A model generated the notes under the pieces. It searched no databases and was not told the DNA's origin. It was given only the letters and a program-made list of their open reading frames with translations. The translations under genes were made by a program, and so were the position numbers. From Pseudomonadota bacterium (GTDB lineage: Bacteria > Pseudomonadota > Alphaproteobacteria > RF32 > CAG-239), in NCBI GenBank assembly GCA_918234285.1, contig CAKJXZ020000022.1:1-49462 (forward strand): a stretch of DNA of 49,462 nt. The letters are read 5' to 3'. Positions 1 through 9,661 of this stretch are shown one piece after another; the first letter of the stretch is position 1; each line of letters starts with the position of its first letter.

Positions 1-2
1 AT

Positions 3-77
3 TGGTGATCCCAACGGGACTCGAACCCATATTGCCACCGTGAAAGGGTGATGTCCTAACCATTAGACGATGGGACC
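3..77 (-). tRNA. tRNA-Glu (TTC)
   Basis: Reverse complement GGTCCCATCGTCTAATGG...TCACC-CT-TTC-AC-GGTGG...GGTTCGAGTCCC...TGGGATC-A-CCA; full cloverleaf, encoded CCA. Confidence 0.97.
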
Positions 78-98
78 ACATTAAAGTGAACATTCGCA

Positions 99-127
99 TA
101 TATACCGATATTTTTTGCAAACGTCAA
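99..127 (-). promoter_or_regulatory. Sigma70-like promoter of tRNA-Glu
   Basis: On minus strand TTGACG-N17-TATATA just upstream of the tRNA. Confidence 0.5.
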
Positions 128-162
128 GAACTTTTTTACTTAAAAATAACTTTTTTTGTTAG

Positions 163-1656
163 TTAATTGGTTTTTGCCACCAAGTACGACAGCGGAACAA
201 TCTTTATTCCGCGCTTTTCAACATCCTTCAACCAATCCTTCAACGCTTGCAAAGTCTGCTGATACGGATGCCCGATGGCAATAGCATAACCCTTGCTTTT
301 GGCCGCTCTTTCGGTAGCTTTGAACTGCCCCATAATATAATCATAGCGCCGTTCGTTATCCAAAAATACATCTCGTGCCACATACGGCACGCCGTACTCC
401 TGACTAACCGCACGACCGACCGAGCGAGACGTGGTTTTGGAATCCAAAAAGTACATTCCGCGCTCCTGCAACACTTCCATAACCGCCGCCATCGCCGCTT
501 TATCTTCCGTAAAGGCGCTACCCATGTGATTATTGACACCGTGCATACCGGTTCCCTCGAAGCGCTCCAACATTTTCTTAAATTTTTCCTGAATTTCCGC
601 CTTGCTCATTTTCGGCGACAGCGTTACCGGAGCCAAATCAGCCGGCACCCGCGGCATCATCGGCGCATGCAGCATAACCTCCATACCGGCATTTCGCAAC
701 TTGTTAACTTGCTCTTTATTGGAGGCCCCATACGGTAAAAACGATACGGTTATCGGCTGTCCGATGGTTGCCATTTGGTTGGTAAACGGCACGCTCAAAC
801 CGATATCGTCAATCACTACGGCAATCAGCACCTCACCGCTTTGCGGTGATACGGCCGGCTCCGACTTTTTCTCCGCCGTAACCTTTTCTTCCGGCTTAGC
901 CGTTTCGGCCGGTTTCACATCTTCAGCCGGAGTTGTCGTTTCAACCTCAGGAGTCGGAATCGTTACGTCTTTCTCCGCCGCCGACACAATATTTTCGCCC
1001 AAAACCTCGTTGATAAAACTGTCATCTTTATTTGCAACTTCGACAACCGGCTGTAAGTTATCTTCAACAGAATCCTCAGCGTTATCTTCCGAATAAATTA
1101 CAACTGCCTCCTCCGTTTCCACGGTTTCATCAGCGCAAGTTGTACCGGCACAAATGCCTTCATAGCACGCAATACAGTGTTTTCCCAGTTGATATACGCC
1201 ATTGGCGCAAATTCCGCGCACACCGTCAACTTCGCATAAATTATCACCGACATAAGTACCGCGAACCGCCACCGGATCCGCAGCCATCGCCTGTCTGAAT
1301 TCATCCAATTTTTTCTTTTTCTCGGCCTGGGCTGCCATCTCATCCTGTTCGGCCTGGGCCATCCGATTAAAAATGTGCGCCAGATGAATACCAAACCCGT
1401 TGTCGGCCTCGTCAGAAAGCTCATTCAGCATCACATCTGTTTTTTCCACAAAATCGGTTTCAAAAACCAACGGCACGATTTTATCACTTTCCGTCACATT
1501 GTTTTCAGCCGCATCGCTTTCTACCGGCAAATTATATTCCCGTTCGGCCAACGCAAACGCCGTAGGTTCCGGATTTTTTGACTTATGCCACAAAGCGGCG
1601 ATTTCAAATAAAATCACCAAAATCAGAATTCCTATAACGACGAGGCTCTTTTTCAT
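163..1656 (-). CDS. Divergent polysaccharide deacetylase family protein (YibQ/DUF610 type) with N-terminal membrane anchor and long acidic linker
   Basis: C-terminal motifs AVVIDDIG, EVMLHAPM, NNHMGS, YFLDSKT, RDVFLDN, AIAIGHP; start moved to MKKSLV to avoid overlap with lysS. Confidence 0.88.
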   Translation of the reverse strand: MKKSLVVIGILILVILFEIAALWHKSKNPEPTAFALAEREYNLPVESDAAENNVTESDKIVPLVFETDFVEKTDVMLNELSDEADNGFGIHLAHIFNRMAQAEQDEMAAQAEKKKKLDEFRQAMAADPVAVRGTYVGDNLCEVDGVRGICANGVYQLGKHCIACYEGICAGTTCADETVETEEAVVIYSEDNAEDSVEDNLQPVVEVANKDDSFINEVLGENIVSAAEKDVTIPTPEVETTTPAEDVKPAETAKPEEKVTAEKKSEPAVSPQSGEVLIAVVIDDIGLSVPFTNQMATIGQPITVSFLPYGASNKEQVNKLRNAGMEVMLHAPMMPRVPADLAPVTLSPKMSKAEIQEKFKKMLERFEGTGMHGVNNHMGSAFTEDKAAMAAVMEVLQERGMYFLDSKTTSRSVGRAVSQEYGVPYVARDVFLDNERRYDYIMGQFKATERAAKSKGYAIAIGHPYQQTLQALKDWLKDVEKRGIKIVPLSYLVAKTN

Positions 1657-1669
1657 AATCGGACTCCGC

Positions 1670-3142
1670 TTAATCTTTTTTGCGAAGCGTCGGGAAGGCA
1701 ATCACATCACGAATGGTTTCGGCACCGGTCAGCAAAATCGACAGACGATCAATACCTACCCCCATACCTCCGGACGGCGGAAAACCGTTTTCCAAAGCGC
1801 AGATAAAATCTTCATCGAGCATTTGCGCTTCGTCATCACCCTTTTCGCGCGCTGCAACTTCTGCTTCAAAACGCTCACGCTGTTCCAACGGATTGGAAAG
1901 TTCGGAATAAGCACAACCGAGCTCTATACTACCGAGATAAAAATCAAAGTGCTCCACTAACCGCGGATTGCTACGGTGTGTTTTGGCCAGCGGCGAAATA
2001 TCGCGTGGCATATCCATCACAAAAGTCGGCTCAACCAGCGAAGCTTCAACCTTTTCATCAAACACTTCTTGCACCACCTTACCCCAGCAACTGCAAGCAC
2101 CGGCGTCAACTCCCACTGTTTTGGCCATAGCCTGTGCTTCTTCCAAAGTCTGCGCTTCAAGCAAATCGATTCCGGTCTTTTCCTTAATCAAATCCACAAT
2201 TGAAACGCGACGGAAAGGCTTGGAAAGATCAATTTCTTTTTCACCCACGACTATTGTCGCAGACCCCAGAACGTCGGTTGCCACAAAACGTATGAGTTCT
2301 TCAATCAGATTCGCCATATCATTATAGTCGGCATAAGCCATATAAGCTTCCATACCAGTGAATTCCGGATTATGACACTTATCAATACCTTCGTTGCGGA
2401 AGTTACGGCCGATTTCAAACACGCGGTCAAAACCGCCGACCACCAACTTTTTCAAATAAAGCTCCGGCGCAATACGCAAATATAAATCCATATCGAGCGC
2501 ATTATGGTGTGTGATAAACGGTTTGGCATTGGCACCGCCCATAATCGGGTGCAACATCGGGGTTTCCACTTCCAAAAAGTCGTGACTTTCAAAAAAGCGA
2601 CGCACTGCCGAAGCGATTTTACAACGTTTTTTGAAAATTTCTTTGCTGTCATCGTTCATGATGAAATCAACGTAACGTTGGCGATAACGGGCATCCACAT
2701 CGGTCAGACCGTGGAATTTTTCCGGCAGAGTCTGCAACGATTTGGCAATAATATCAAACTTTTCGGCAGCTATGGTCAATTCGCCGCGCGGAGTACGGCG
2801 TACAAAACCGCTGATTCCGACGATATCGCCGACATCAACGCACTTAAGCCTCTCCATATCTTCTTCCGGCAGAATCTTCTTATAGCAAAATGCCTGTATT
2901 TTTCCGCTTTTATCCTTAATATCCACAAACATACCACTGTTGCGCACCGCCATCGCACGTCCGGCAACGGTTACACGGTCTTCGGTATCGATTCCGGCTT
3001 CCAAATCTTTATATTTTTCGTGCAACTCGGCCGCATAAGCGGTCGGCACAAAGCGATAAGGGTACGGATTATAGCCCTTTTCTTGCAGAGTTCTTAACTT
3101 TGCCAATCGGGATTCTCTATGAATATTTGTTTCGTTTGCCAT
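1670..3142 (-). CDS. lysS: Lysine--tRNA ligase, class II
   Basis: OB-fold N-terminus, [67 protein letters not shown]. Confidence 0.97.
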   Translation of the reverse strand: MANETNIHRESRLAKLRTLQEKGYNPYPYRFVPTAYAAELHEKYKDLEAGIDTEDRVTVAGRAMAVRNSGMFVDIKDKSGKIQAFCYKKILPEEDMERLKCVDVGDIVGISGFVRRTPRGELTIAAEKFDIIAKSLQTLPEKFHGLTDVDARYRQRYVDFIMNDDSKEIFKKRCKIASAVRRFFESHDFLEVETPMLHPIMGGANAKPFITHHNALDMDLYLRIAPELYLKKLVVGGFDRVFEIGRNFRNEGIDKCHNPEFTGMEAYMAYADYNDMANLIEELIRFVATDVLGSATIVVGEKEIDLSKPFRRVSIVDLIKEKTGIDLLEAQTLEEAQAMAKTVGVDAGACSCWGKVVQEVFDEKVEASLVEPTFVMDMPRDISPLAKTHRSNPRLVEHFDFYLGSIELGCAYSELSNPLEQRERFEAEVAAREKGDDEAQMLDEDFICALENGFPPSGGMGVGIDRLSILLTGAETIRDVIAFPTLRKKD

Positions 3143-3256
3143 TTTTCTCTTTCCATAAATACATTTACAAAATTGCTTTGACTATAAACCGCACAATTTT
3201 TTTTTGCAACAGAAAAGAATAGCGAATGAAAACACTTTTGCTTTTTTCCGATTCGT

Positions 3257-3973
3257 TTATTTTCCGTGAAACAGTTTAGTCAGTTTTACCACGTCGTCGC
3301 TGCTTAAAATTTTGCGTACGGCCACCGTTTTTTGATAAAGTTTGCCGCAATAATATGTATGATGCCAGCGAAATTCATCTTTAAGCGAGCAGAAATTTTC
3401 CAAAGGTTTTTCCCATATGCTTTCGGCAAACGGGTAATATAACCGATTATATAAAAACAACGGCCATTTCAACGGATGCCACAGTTCCGGCTCGGCATAA
3501 TCCACAAAAATCGCCTTGCCACCGTTGGTTAAGCTGTTTAAGGCATTATCCATTACCTGTTGTCTGGTTTTAAGCGGCAATTCGTGCAGCAGATTGTAAC
3601 AAATTACCACATCATATTTTTCATCCCACGGCAGCGCGGCATTATAGTTCATAATGGTAATATCGGTATCCTTATAACGCACCTTGGCCTGTTCGATTTG
3701 CGCCTCCGAAACATCAAAGATATCCAATTTACCTTGCTTTTTCACCTTATTGTATACTTGTTCGATTTCCGTGCCGAAAGTTAAACCTATTTGCAGAACG
3801 TGAGCATTTTTGGTAATATCATGCAACAAATCTTTGATAATTTTTTTGGATGTCCAGCAACTGCGCAGTGCGGTAATACGCGAATCATCAAAAATTCCCG
3901 ACAAGATTCGGTTGGAATAAATTTTGTTTGAAAATATCCGCATATAAGCCGGTAGTTCGTTTATTTTAGCCAT
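3257..3973 (-). CDS. RquA-like (rhodoquinone biosynthesis) class I methyltransferase-fold protein, divergent
   Basis: Collinear with RquA hallmarks: LPAY, VLQIG..FG, LDIFDVSEAQI, YDVV..YNLLHELP, GGKAIFVDY..P..WHPL, PFAESIW, YYCGKLYQK; start at MAKINEL after AGAGG. Confidence 0.72.
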   Translation of the reverse strand: MAKINELPAYMRIFSNKIYSNRILSGIFDDSRITALRSCWTSKKIIKDLLHDITKNAHVLQIGLTFGTEIEQVYNKVKKQGKLDIFDVSEAQIEQAKVRYKDTDITIMNYNAALPWDEKYDVVICYNLLHELPLKTRQQVMDNALNSLTNGGKAIFVDYAEPELWHPLKWPLFLYNRLYYPFAESIWEKPLENFCSLKDEFRWHHTYYCGKLYQKTVAVRKILSSDDVVKLTKLFHGK

Positions 3974-3987
3974 ATCTGCCTCTCTTT

Positions 3988-4662
3988 TTATCCCTTCTTC
4001 AACAGGCCGCATTTATCCGCTTTGCGCACCGCCGCGGTACGGTTGGTTACTTCCAATGTGCGCATCAGCTGTGTAATGTGAATTTTAACGGTTCCTTCGC
4101 TTAAGCCCAAATTATAAGCTATCTGCTTATTGGATAAACCTTCCGCCATACATTCCAATACTTCTTTTTGGCGCGGAGTAATATTATAAGAATCAGCGAT
4201 TTTCTCTGTCGGTCTGCTCAAATCTTCGGCTATTCGTCGCACCGATTCCGAAGATGACTTCAAACTCATTTGCAAAATTTCCGGCGGAATGTACATACCA
4301 CCCGCCAACACCAAATTTATGGCACTGATAATCAAATTTTTCGGAAATGCCTTGGATACATAGCCGGAAACTCCCAAATTATAAGTTTTTTGCAAGATTT
4401 CTCGCTCAAAAACTGCCGAAATAATAATTACCGGAATATCCGGACACATCTGATGAATCTTGCCAATGGCATCAAGCCAGTCGCTGCCCGGCATAGCCAA
4501 ATCGGTCAAAATCAAATTAAAATCCTGCTGTTTTTCCAATATTTCAAAAATATCGGTGTAACTTTTGGCGGCCACGATTTCCGTTTGCGGATACTCTTTG
4601 TGCAAGATAAATTCAAGCCCCTGCAAAAATAATTCGTGATCATCCGCAATTAAAAATTTCAT
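3988..4662 (-). CDS. NarL/LuxR-family response regulator
   Basis: REC domain (IADDH, LTDLAMPG, GYVSK) plus LuxR HTH (ITPRQKEVL..MAEGLSNKQIA..LGLSEGTVKIH). Confidence 0.95.
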   Translation of the reverse strand: MKFLIADDHELFLQGLEFILHKEYPQTEIVAAKSYTDIFEILEKQQDFNLILTDLAMPGSDWLDAIGKIHQMCPDIPVIIISAVFEREILQKTYNLGVSGYVSKAFPKNLIISAINLVLAGGMYIPPEILQMSLKSSSESVRRIAEDLSRPTEKIADSYNITPRQKEVLECMAEGLSNKQIAYNLGLSEGTVKIHITQLMRTLEVTNRTAAVRKADKCGLLKKG

Positions 4663-4775
4663 TTTTTGCTATCCTCCGCGGCAATAAAAAATATTGCATA
4701 AGTACATTTTCGGTTGCCATTGTAGCATAATATATGTTAAAGAAATATAAATTCAAAAATTAATGAGGTTCAAAT

Positions 4776-5432
4776 ATGATTATTACCATCGACGGACCGG
4801 CCGCTGCCGGAAAAGGTACAATATCTTCTTATTTATCGCAAAAATATAAACTGGCCTACTTTGACACCGGCATGGTATATCGGGCCGTCGGTTTGCAAAT
4901 GGTGTTGACCGGAACCGACCTGCAAAATCAAGAAGCCGCCGCCGATATTGCTCGCAAACTGACTTTTCCGCAAATGATGGAGTTATCATTGCACCCTGAT
5001 TTTCGCTCGGATATCGGTGGTCAAGCGGCTTCCATCGTTTCGGCATATCCCGATGTGCGCAGCGCTCTTTTGAAAATGCAACAGGATTTTGCCCTCAATC
5101 CGATATTTGCCGACGGCAGCAAGGCCAATGGCGTGGTTTATGACGGCCGCGATACCGGTACGGTAGTCTGTCCGCAGGCCGATTTAAAGCTTTTTGTAAC
5201 CGCCTCGACTGAAGTACGTGCCATGCGCCGCTATAAAGAATTCCTGCAAAAAGGCCTTTCTTCATCTTATGATAAAGTTTTGCAAGATATGATCAGCCGC
5301 GACCAACGTGACAGCAACCGTTCCAGTGCTCCGCTGAAACCGGCCGATGACGCCGTTATCATCGATACTTCGGAATTGAATATTGATGAAGTTATTGCCG
5401 TCATAATTCCTTTGGTTGAGGCCAAACTTTAA
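4776..5432 (+). CDS. cmk: Cytidylate kinase
   Basis: ITIDGPAAAGKGT, DTGMVYRA, DGRDTGTVVCPQADLKLFVTAS, RDQRDSNR..APL. Confidence 0.95.
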   Translation: MIITIDGPAAAGKGTISSYLSQKYKLAYFDTGMVYRAVGLQMVLTGTDLQNQEAAADIARKLTFPQMMELSLHPDFRSDIGGQAASIVSAYPDVRSALLKMQQDFALNPIFADGSKANGVVYDGRDTGTVVCPQADLKLFVTASTEVRAMRRYKEFLQKGLSSSYDKVLQDMISRDQRDSNRSSAPLKPADDAVIIDTSELNIDEVIAVIIPLVEAKL

Positions 5433-5595
5433 TCTGTTTATCTTCTGCGGTCTCTTCCAAATACACGTACAGCGGCGGAAAGTTTATTTCGTTAATCCAC
5501 TCGCTCAGCGACGTTTCAATCGGCGCAAAGTATATCTCCGTTTTGGAAAAAACCGAAACGGAGCACCACAAACTCAAAATCAAAATTTTTTTCAT
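5401..5595 (-). CDS. Possible small exported protein
   Basis: MKKILILSLW start preceded by GAGG; fills the cmk-HAD gap but overlaps the cmk 3' end. Confidence 0.3.
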   Translation of the reverse strand: MKKILILSLWCSVSVFSKTEIYFAPIETSLSEWINEINFPPLYVYLEETAEDKQIKVWPQPKEL

Positions 5596-5710
5596 TTCCT
5601 CTGTTCCCCGTACTTTCATCGGCAAATACCTTTTTTGGCGAACCATTAATAACTTGACGTTTTAAAAATTTGTGTTATCTTCGTTGAGGTTTATAAATAT
5701 AGAGGAAAAA

Positions 5711-6379
5711 ATGAAATACAAGGTCATTGTTTGGGATTTGGATAATACTTTATATCGGGAAACACCGGAATTTCACGACCTGATGGATACCATTACCGCC
5801 AAGGCCGTTATCGAGGACCTGCGGTTGCCGATTGATTTTGACACCGCCAAAGCCATGGTTACCGAATCGTACCGCACGTATCGCGACGGCGGCGAGTTGT
5901 TTGTGCAAAAATACGGTGTTTCGGCCAAAGATTTGTTTGATGCCTATCACAAGCGCAAAGAAAATAACCTGGGTCCGATTAAGCCTTATCACAACCTGTT
6001 GCCGCATTTGCAGGCTCTCAACTGCCCGCAATATATTTTTTCCACCAGTTCGCACAGTGCTTGCGAGGCAATTCTGAAACATATCGGCTTATACGATTTT
6101 TTCAAGGGCCGCTTTTATTCGGTTGAAGAATTTGGAGCCTACAAAAAAAATGCCAGTGCCGACGTTTATCTTAAATTCTGCGAAGCTGCCGGTATTTTGC
6201 CGGAAGATTGCCTGTTTATAGACGACAGTTATTCCAATTTGGAATTTGCCAAGAAAGCCGGTATGACAACTTTGCGTTTATGCCACGGCAAACAAAACGA
6301 TAAAGGGGTGGAATACATCGACTATGCCGCCGACAATATCGCGGAATGTCTTAATATGCTTTATAAAATGTGCGCCTAA
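5711..6379 (+). CDS. HAD-family hydrolase (pyrimidine 5'-nucleotidase-like)
   Basis: Motif I VWDLDNTLY, motif III K, motif IV FIDDS..NL..AKK.GM; GAGG RBS. Confidence 0.88.
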   Translation: MKYKVIVWDLDNTLYRETPEFHDLMDTITAKAVIEDLRLPIDFDTAKAMVTESYRTYRDGGELFVQKYGVSAKDLFDAYHKRKENNLGPIKPYHNLLPHLQALNCPQYIFSTSSHSACEAILKHIGLYDFFKGRFYSVEEFGAYKKNASADVYLKFCEAAGILPEDCLFIDDSYSNLEFAKKAGMTTLRLCHGKQNDKGVEYIDYAADNIAECLNMLYKMCA

Positions 6380-7080
6380 GACTCATTCGGGCACAACGAA
6401 CCCTCAAACTCGTAAATATCGATGGAATCAATCTGCATTTGTTGATTGGTCATGTATTTAACAAACGAATCAAATAATTTACCCAGTTGTTGCCGATACT
6501 TATCATTAAGTTCGGTCGAAGCTTTATCTGCCGAAACTTTGCTTGAAGCCGGAAGAACCGTAACACCGGTTTTACTGACAATTTGCGGAAATTCCGTTTT
6601 CACGGTTTGCAGAAATTGATTAAGGCTCAAATAACCTATATCCAGATGAGTTTGTTCATGTCGCATGGTAACGTTATAACGACAAGTATTTTCCGCCAAA
6701 TCATTACTTATATAAACCGTCGGATTATATCCGATAATCACACTCACTTTCTGTGGATAGTAACACCGATACCCCGACACGGCCGTACCAACGATATTAC
6801 TTTCCACTATCGTATACGGCGACAGGCTGGTTAACCCGTTGAATTTGTGTGTTACCTTCAGCGGATACAACTCATCCATCATCTCCGCGAGTTGATCAGC
6901 CGTTTTTTCATGATTTATCTTCAATTCGCCGTAATTATATTTAATCTCTATCTGCGGCGGATTATTACGCATTTCTTTTTTACAAGCTTCTCGGGCAAAC
7001 CTGATTGATGCGGCATAAACTTCTGCCGACGTCATCAATCCGATTATAAGCGTAAACATCAATATCAACAATTTTTTCAT
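6376..7080 (-). CDS. Secreted protein with HExxH motif (putative Zn-metalloprotease, DUF922-like); paralog A1
   Basis: Signal peptide, C..MRHEQTH motif, terminal Cys; similar to 8207..8863. Confidence 0.65.
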   Translation of the reverse strand: MKKLLILMFTLIIGLMTSAEVYAASIRFAREACKKEMRNNPPQIEIKYNYGELKINHEKTADQLAEMMDELYPLKVTHKFNGLTSLSPYTIVESNIVGTAVSGYRCYYPQKVSVIIGYNPTVYISNDLAENTCRYNVTMRHEQTHLDIGYLSLNQFLQTVKTEFPQIVSKTGVTVLPASSKVSADKASTELNDKYRQQLGKLFDSFVKYMTNQQMQIDSIDIYEFEGSLCPNES

Positions 7081-7103
7081 AAGACTACCATAACACCTAA
7101 ATA

Positions 7104-7118
7104 TTAAGCCAAAGTTAA
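7104..7118. promoter_or_regulatory. CtrA-type box TTAA-N7-TTAA
   Basis: TTAAgccaaagTTAA in 62-bp divergent intergenic region; the same motif lies in the paralogous intergenic region. Confidence 0.55.
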
Positions 7119-7142
7119 GACTTTTATTTTATCATAAATGCC

Positions 7143-8210
7143 ATGAATATGTACTCGTTTCTGCTTTTTTTGTTCGGTTATGCTCTGCTGCCGTTTGCCG
7201 CCGCAGGCCAGCCTCAGGCCGGCTTTTACATACCGCCCGATACCGTTTCCGCCATGCAACAACCGGAAAAGATACCGGAAATTAAAAAATTGCCGCAAAA
7301 TTATAATTACAACAAAGCTTCCGATACAGCAAAACAACGAGTGGGAATACCGCGAGAAACGCCGAAAAACACAATATCTCGCCAACCTAAAGCAGTGCCT
7401 TATCCCAAACAGACCGTCAGTCCTACGGCGGCGCAACCTGCGGTCGTCAATTATAATAAAACGCCTGTTTCCAAGAATTTTCGCCAAGCTCCGATTGATG
7501 CGATTTTAGCCAAGCAACCCTTGCCGAAAAAACGCTTGGAACATTATAAAAAACGCATTATCCGTTCTTTTGCTCTGCTGCCTAAAGATTTGAAGGCAAT
7601 ATTGCAAAAAGAACTGCGAAGTATCGATCACGAAACCAAGCGTATGCAACAAGTGAAGGCCGAATGGGAGCGACAAACCTCCGTATATAAATTCGCCAAC
7701 TATCAACTGATTCCGCAAATAGATCGCGGAATCATTACCAGCCGCAAAAATTATAAGCAGCGTAAGCGGGTCTTTGCCAATCTGCTTAAAAATGCTCCTG
7801 CCGACAAGTATATTTCGGTAATTGAATCCACCGACGGTTTGTTCAGCACAATTCACAATGTTACGCAATCGGCACCCGATACGTCGCCGAAAATGAAAGA
7901 GAATATTGCTAAATTTGTCGGCGTTCGTGTCCCGGCTTTAGAATCTTCCCGCAATTATTACATATCCATCTTTGACCATAACCATAATCATGTTTTCAGC
8001 TACCGACGCATGCACGTCGACTCCAATCAAAAGCGCCGAATTATGGCGGCTCAAAGCGGCAATAAAGAAATAGATAAAAGTTTCCAAAAACTGTTTGATG
8101 ATTATCGTTCAGACTTACGCCGCATCGGCTATGGTTTGGACATCACCAATCCGACCTTGTTGCGACAAATCGGCGAAATGAAAAATCAAGTCCTGACAAC
8201 CGAATTTTAA
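7143..8210 (+). CDS. Secreted basic protein of unknown function; paralog B1
   Basis: Signal peptide; N-terminal GFYIPPDT...QPEKIP and C-terminal helix shared with 8936..9661. Confidence 0.75.
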   Translation: MNMYSFLLFLFGYALLPFAAAGQPQAGFYIPPDTVSAMQQPEKIPEIKKLPQNYNYNKASDTAKQRVGIPRETPKNTISRQPKAVPYPKQTVSPTAAQPAVVNYNKTPVSKNFRQAPIDAILAKQPLPKKRLEHYKKRIIRSFALLPKDLKAILQKELRSIDHETKRMQQVKAEWERQTSVYKFANYQLIPQIDRGIITSRKNYKQRKRVFANLLKNAPADKYISVIESTDGLFSTIHNVTQSAPDTSPKMKENIAKFVGVRVPALESSRNYYISIFDHNHNHVFSYRRMHVDSNQKRRIMAAQSGNKEIDKSFQKLFDDYRSDLRRIGYGLDITNPTLLRQIGEMKNQVLTTEF

Positions 8211-8863
8211 TAAGGCCACGATGCGCAGGCTCGATAGGCAAACTCGGATTCATCTTGATGGTCAATTTCATCCAAACGATTATTATTGATTTCCGCAACT
8301 TGTTGCCATTTATTGCTTATTTTCTGCGTATAGCCCCAAGCCGCATTATGTAAATCTATATCGCATTTTTGCTTGTCATTACAAAGCTCCACATATTGTA
8401 AAGCCAATTTACGCAAACCTTTTCCGACTTCATTAATTAATTTCTCGGTCGCCGTTTTCCAAATGGTAAAATGCTGCAACTCGTGGCGAATTAATGCTCG
8501 TGCCGGACAGGCTTTATAGTCCCCGGTAACATAAACGGTCGAACCGGAAAAATCATAATCAACGGTTATATGCGGTATAATACAGAATTGTCCCCCCGCC
8601 GGAATAACCTTTTTTTTGGTTTTCTCTTCATATTTAAGGGCAGACTTAAAGCATCCGGCAGCATGCCGATCTCCGCAAATTTGTCCCACTTGTGCCGTAG
8701 TTTTGGTGTTATCCAACATTAAATTGCCGTTATTATAGTTAATGCTGACCAATTTCATTTTCTTCGCGGTTTCAACACAATTACTGTCCGCCCGTGCCTC
8801 GTTTAAACTGCCGAAACACAGGACCATACAAAATAACACTGATAAGCAACCGTATTTACACAT
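8207..8863 (-). CDS. Secreted protein with HExxH motif; paralog A2
   Basis: Signal peptide, C..LIRHELQH, Cys-rich; similar to 6376..7080. Confidence 0.65.
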   Translation of the reverse strand: MCKYGCLSVLFCMVLCFGSLNEARADSNCVETAKKMKLVSINYNNGNLMLDNTKTTAQVGQICGDRHAAGCFKSALKYEEKTKKKVIPAGGQFCIIPHITVDYDFSGSTVYVTGDYKACPARALIRHELQHFTIWKTATEKLINEVGKGLRKLALQYVELCNDKQKCDIDLHNAAWGYTQKISNKWQQVAEINNNRLDEIDHQDESEFAYRACASWPY

Positions 8864-8886
8864 ATTTATAACTTATATTTTAACCC

Positions 8887-8901
8887 TTAAAGATAAGTTA
8901 A
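8887..8901. promoter_or_regulatory. CtrA-type box TTAA-N7-TTAA
   Basis: TTAAagataagTTAA in the divergent intergenic region. Confidence 0.55.
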
Positions 8902-8935
8902 GATTTTATATCATATAATAATCGCGAGGTTAAAT

Positions 8936-9661
8936 ATGAAAACACTTTTGATTATTTTTACATTGCTGTTTTTTGCACCGTCGGTCGAGGCGCAAAACGT
9001 CGGCTTTTTCATTCCGCAGGATACCCTTAATATGATGAATCGTCCGGAACAATTGCCGCCAATCAGAACACAGCGCCAAACCGCAAACAATCCGCAAGCA
9101 AATAATCAGACTCCCGGCCGGACGGTTCCTGCAACTGCAAATACTCGGACAAACAATCCGAATGTTGCTACACCGAAAAACAGCAGAATACCGCCGCAAA
9201 CTGTTGCGTCAACACCGACATCACGTCCCGAAACTTCAAGTAACTCAACACCTTCGCAAAAGACTTTGGCCGCCGATACTGCTCGTCGCAAAGCCGCACC
9301 CGAGCCGCGTCCGGCAGACGAACCGATGGTGCCGCAAACCGGAACACCGGCTATACCGGTTACCGCCGATGATATTGCCGTCGGCAATACTCCGGCTGAC
9401 AATATTCGCACCACTCCGCCATCGAATTCACCGACACAACCGACCGAAGCACCGGTTGCTCCGGTCAATACCGATAAAATTCCCTCAGCCAACGTACCTA
9501 ATGCCGAAAGTACTCAGCCGTTGGAACCTCAGGCTTATGCCCGTATAATCGAGGAATATAAAGAAGATATAAAAAAGATAAGCCGCAACATTCCCGTCGA
9601 AAACAAACGTTTGAACGAGATGTTGCAAAACTATAAAGACGAAGTTCTGATTCTTAATTAG
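8936..9661 (+). CDS. Secreted Pro/Thr-rich protein; paralog B2
   Basis: Signal peptide (VEA-Q), GFFIPQDT...RPEQLP, low-complexity middle, C-terminal helix; GAGG RBS. Confidence 0.8.
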   Translation: MKTLLIIFTLLFFAPSVEAQNVGFFIPQDTLNMMNRPEQLPPIRTQRQTANNPQANNQTPGRTVPATANTRTNNPNVATPKNSRIPPQTVASTPTSRPETSSNSTPSQKTLAADTARRKAAPEPRPADEPMVPQTGTPAIPVTADDIAVGNTPADNIRTTPPSNSPTQPTEAPVAPVNTDKIPSANVPNAESTQPLEPQAYARIIEEYKEDIKKISRNIPVENKRLNEMLQNYKDEVLILN

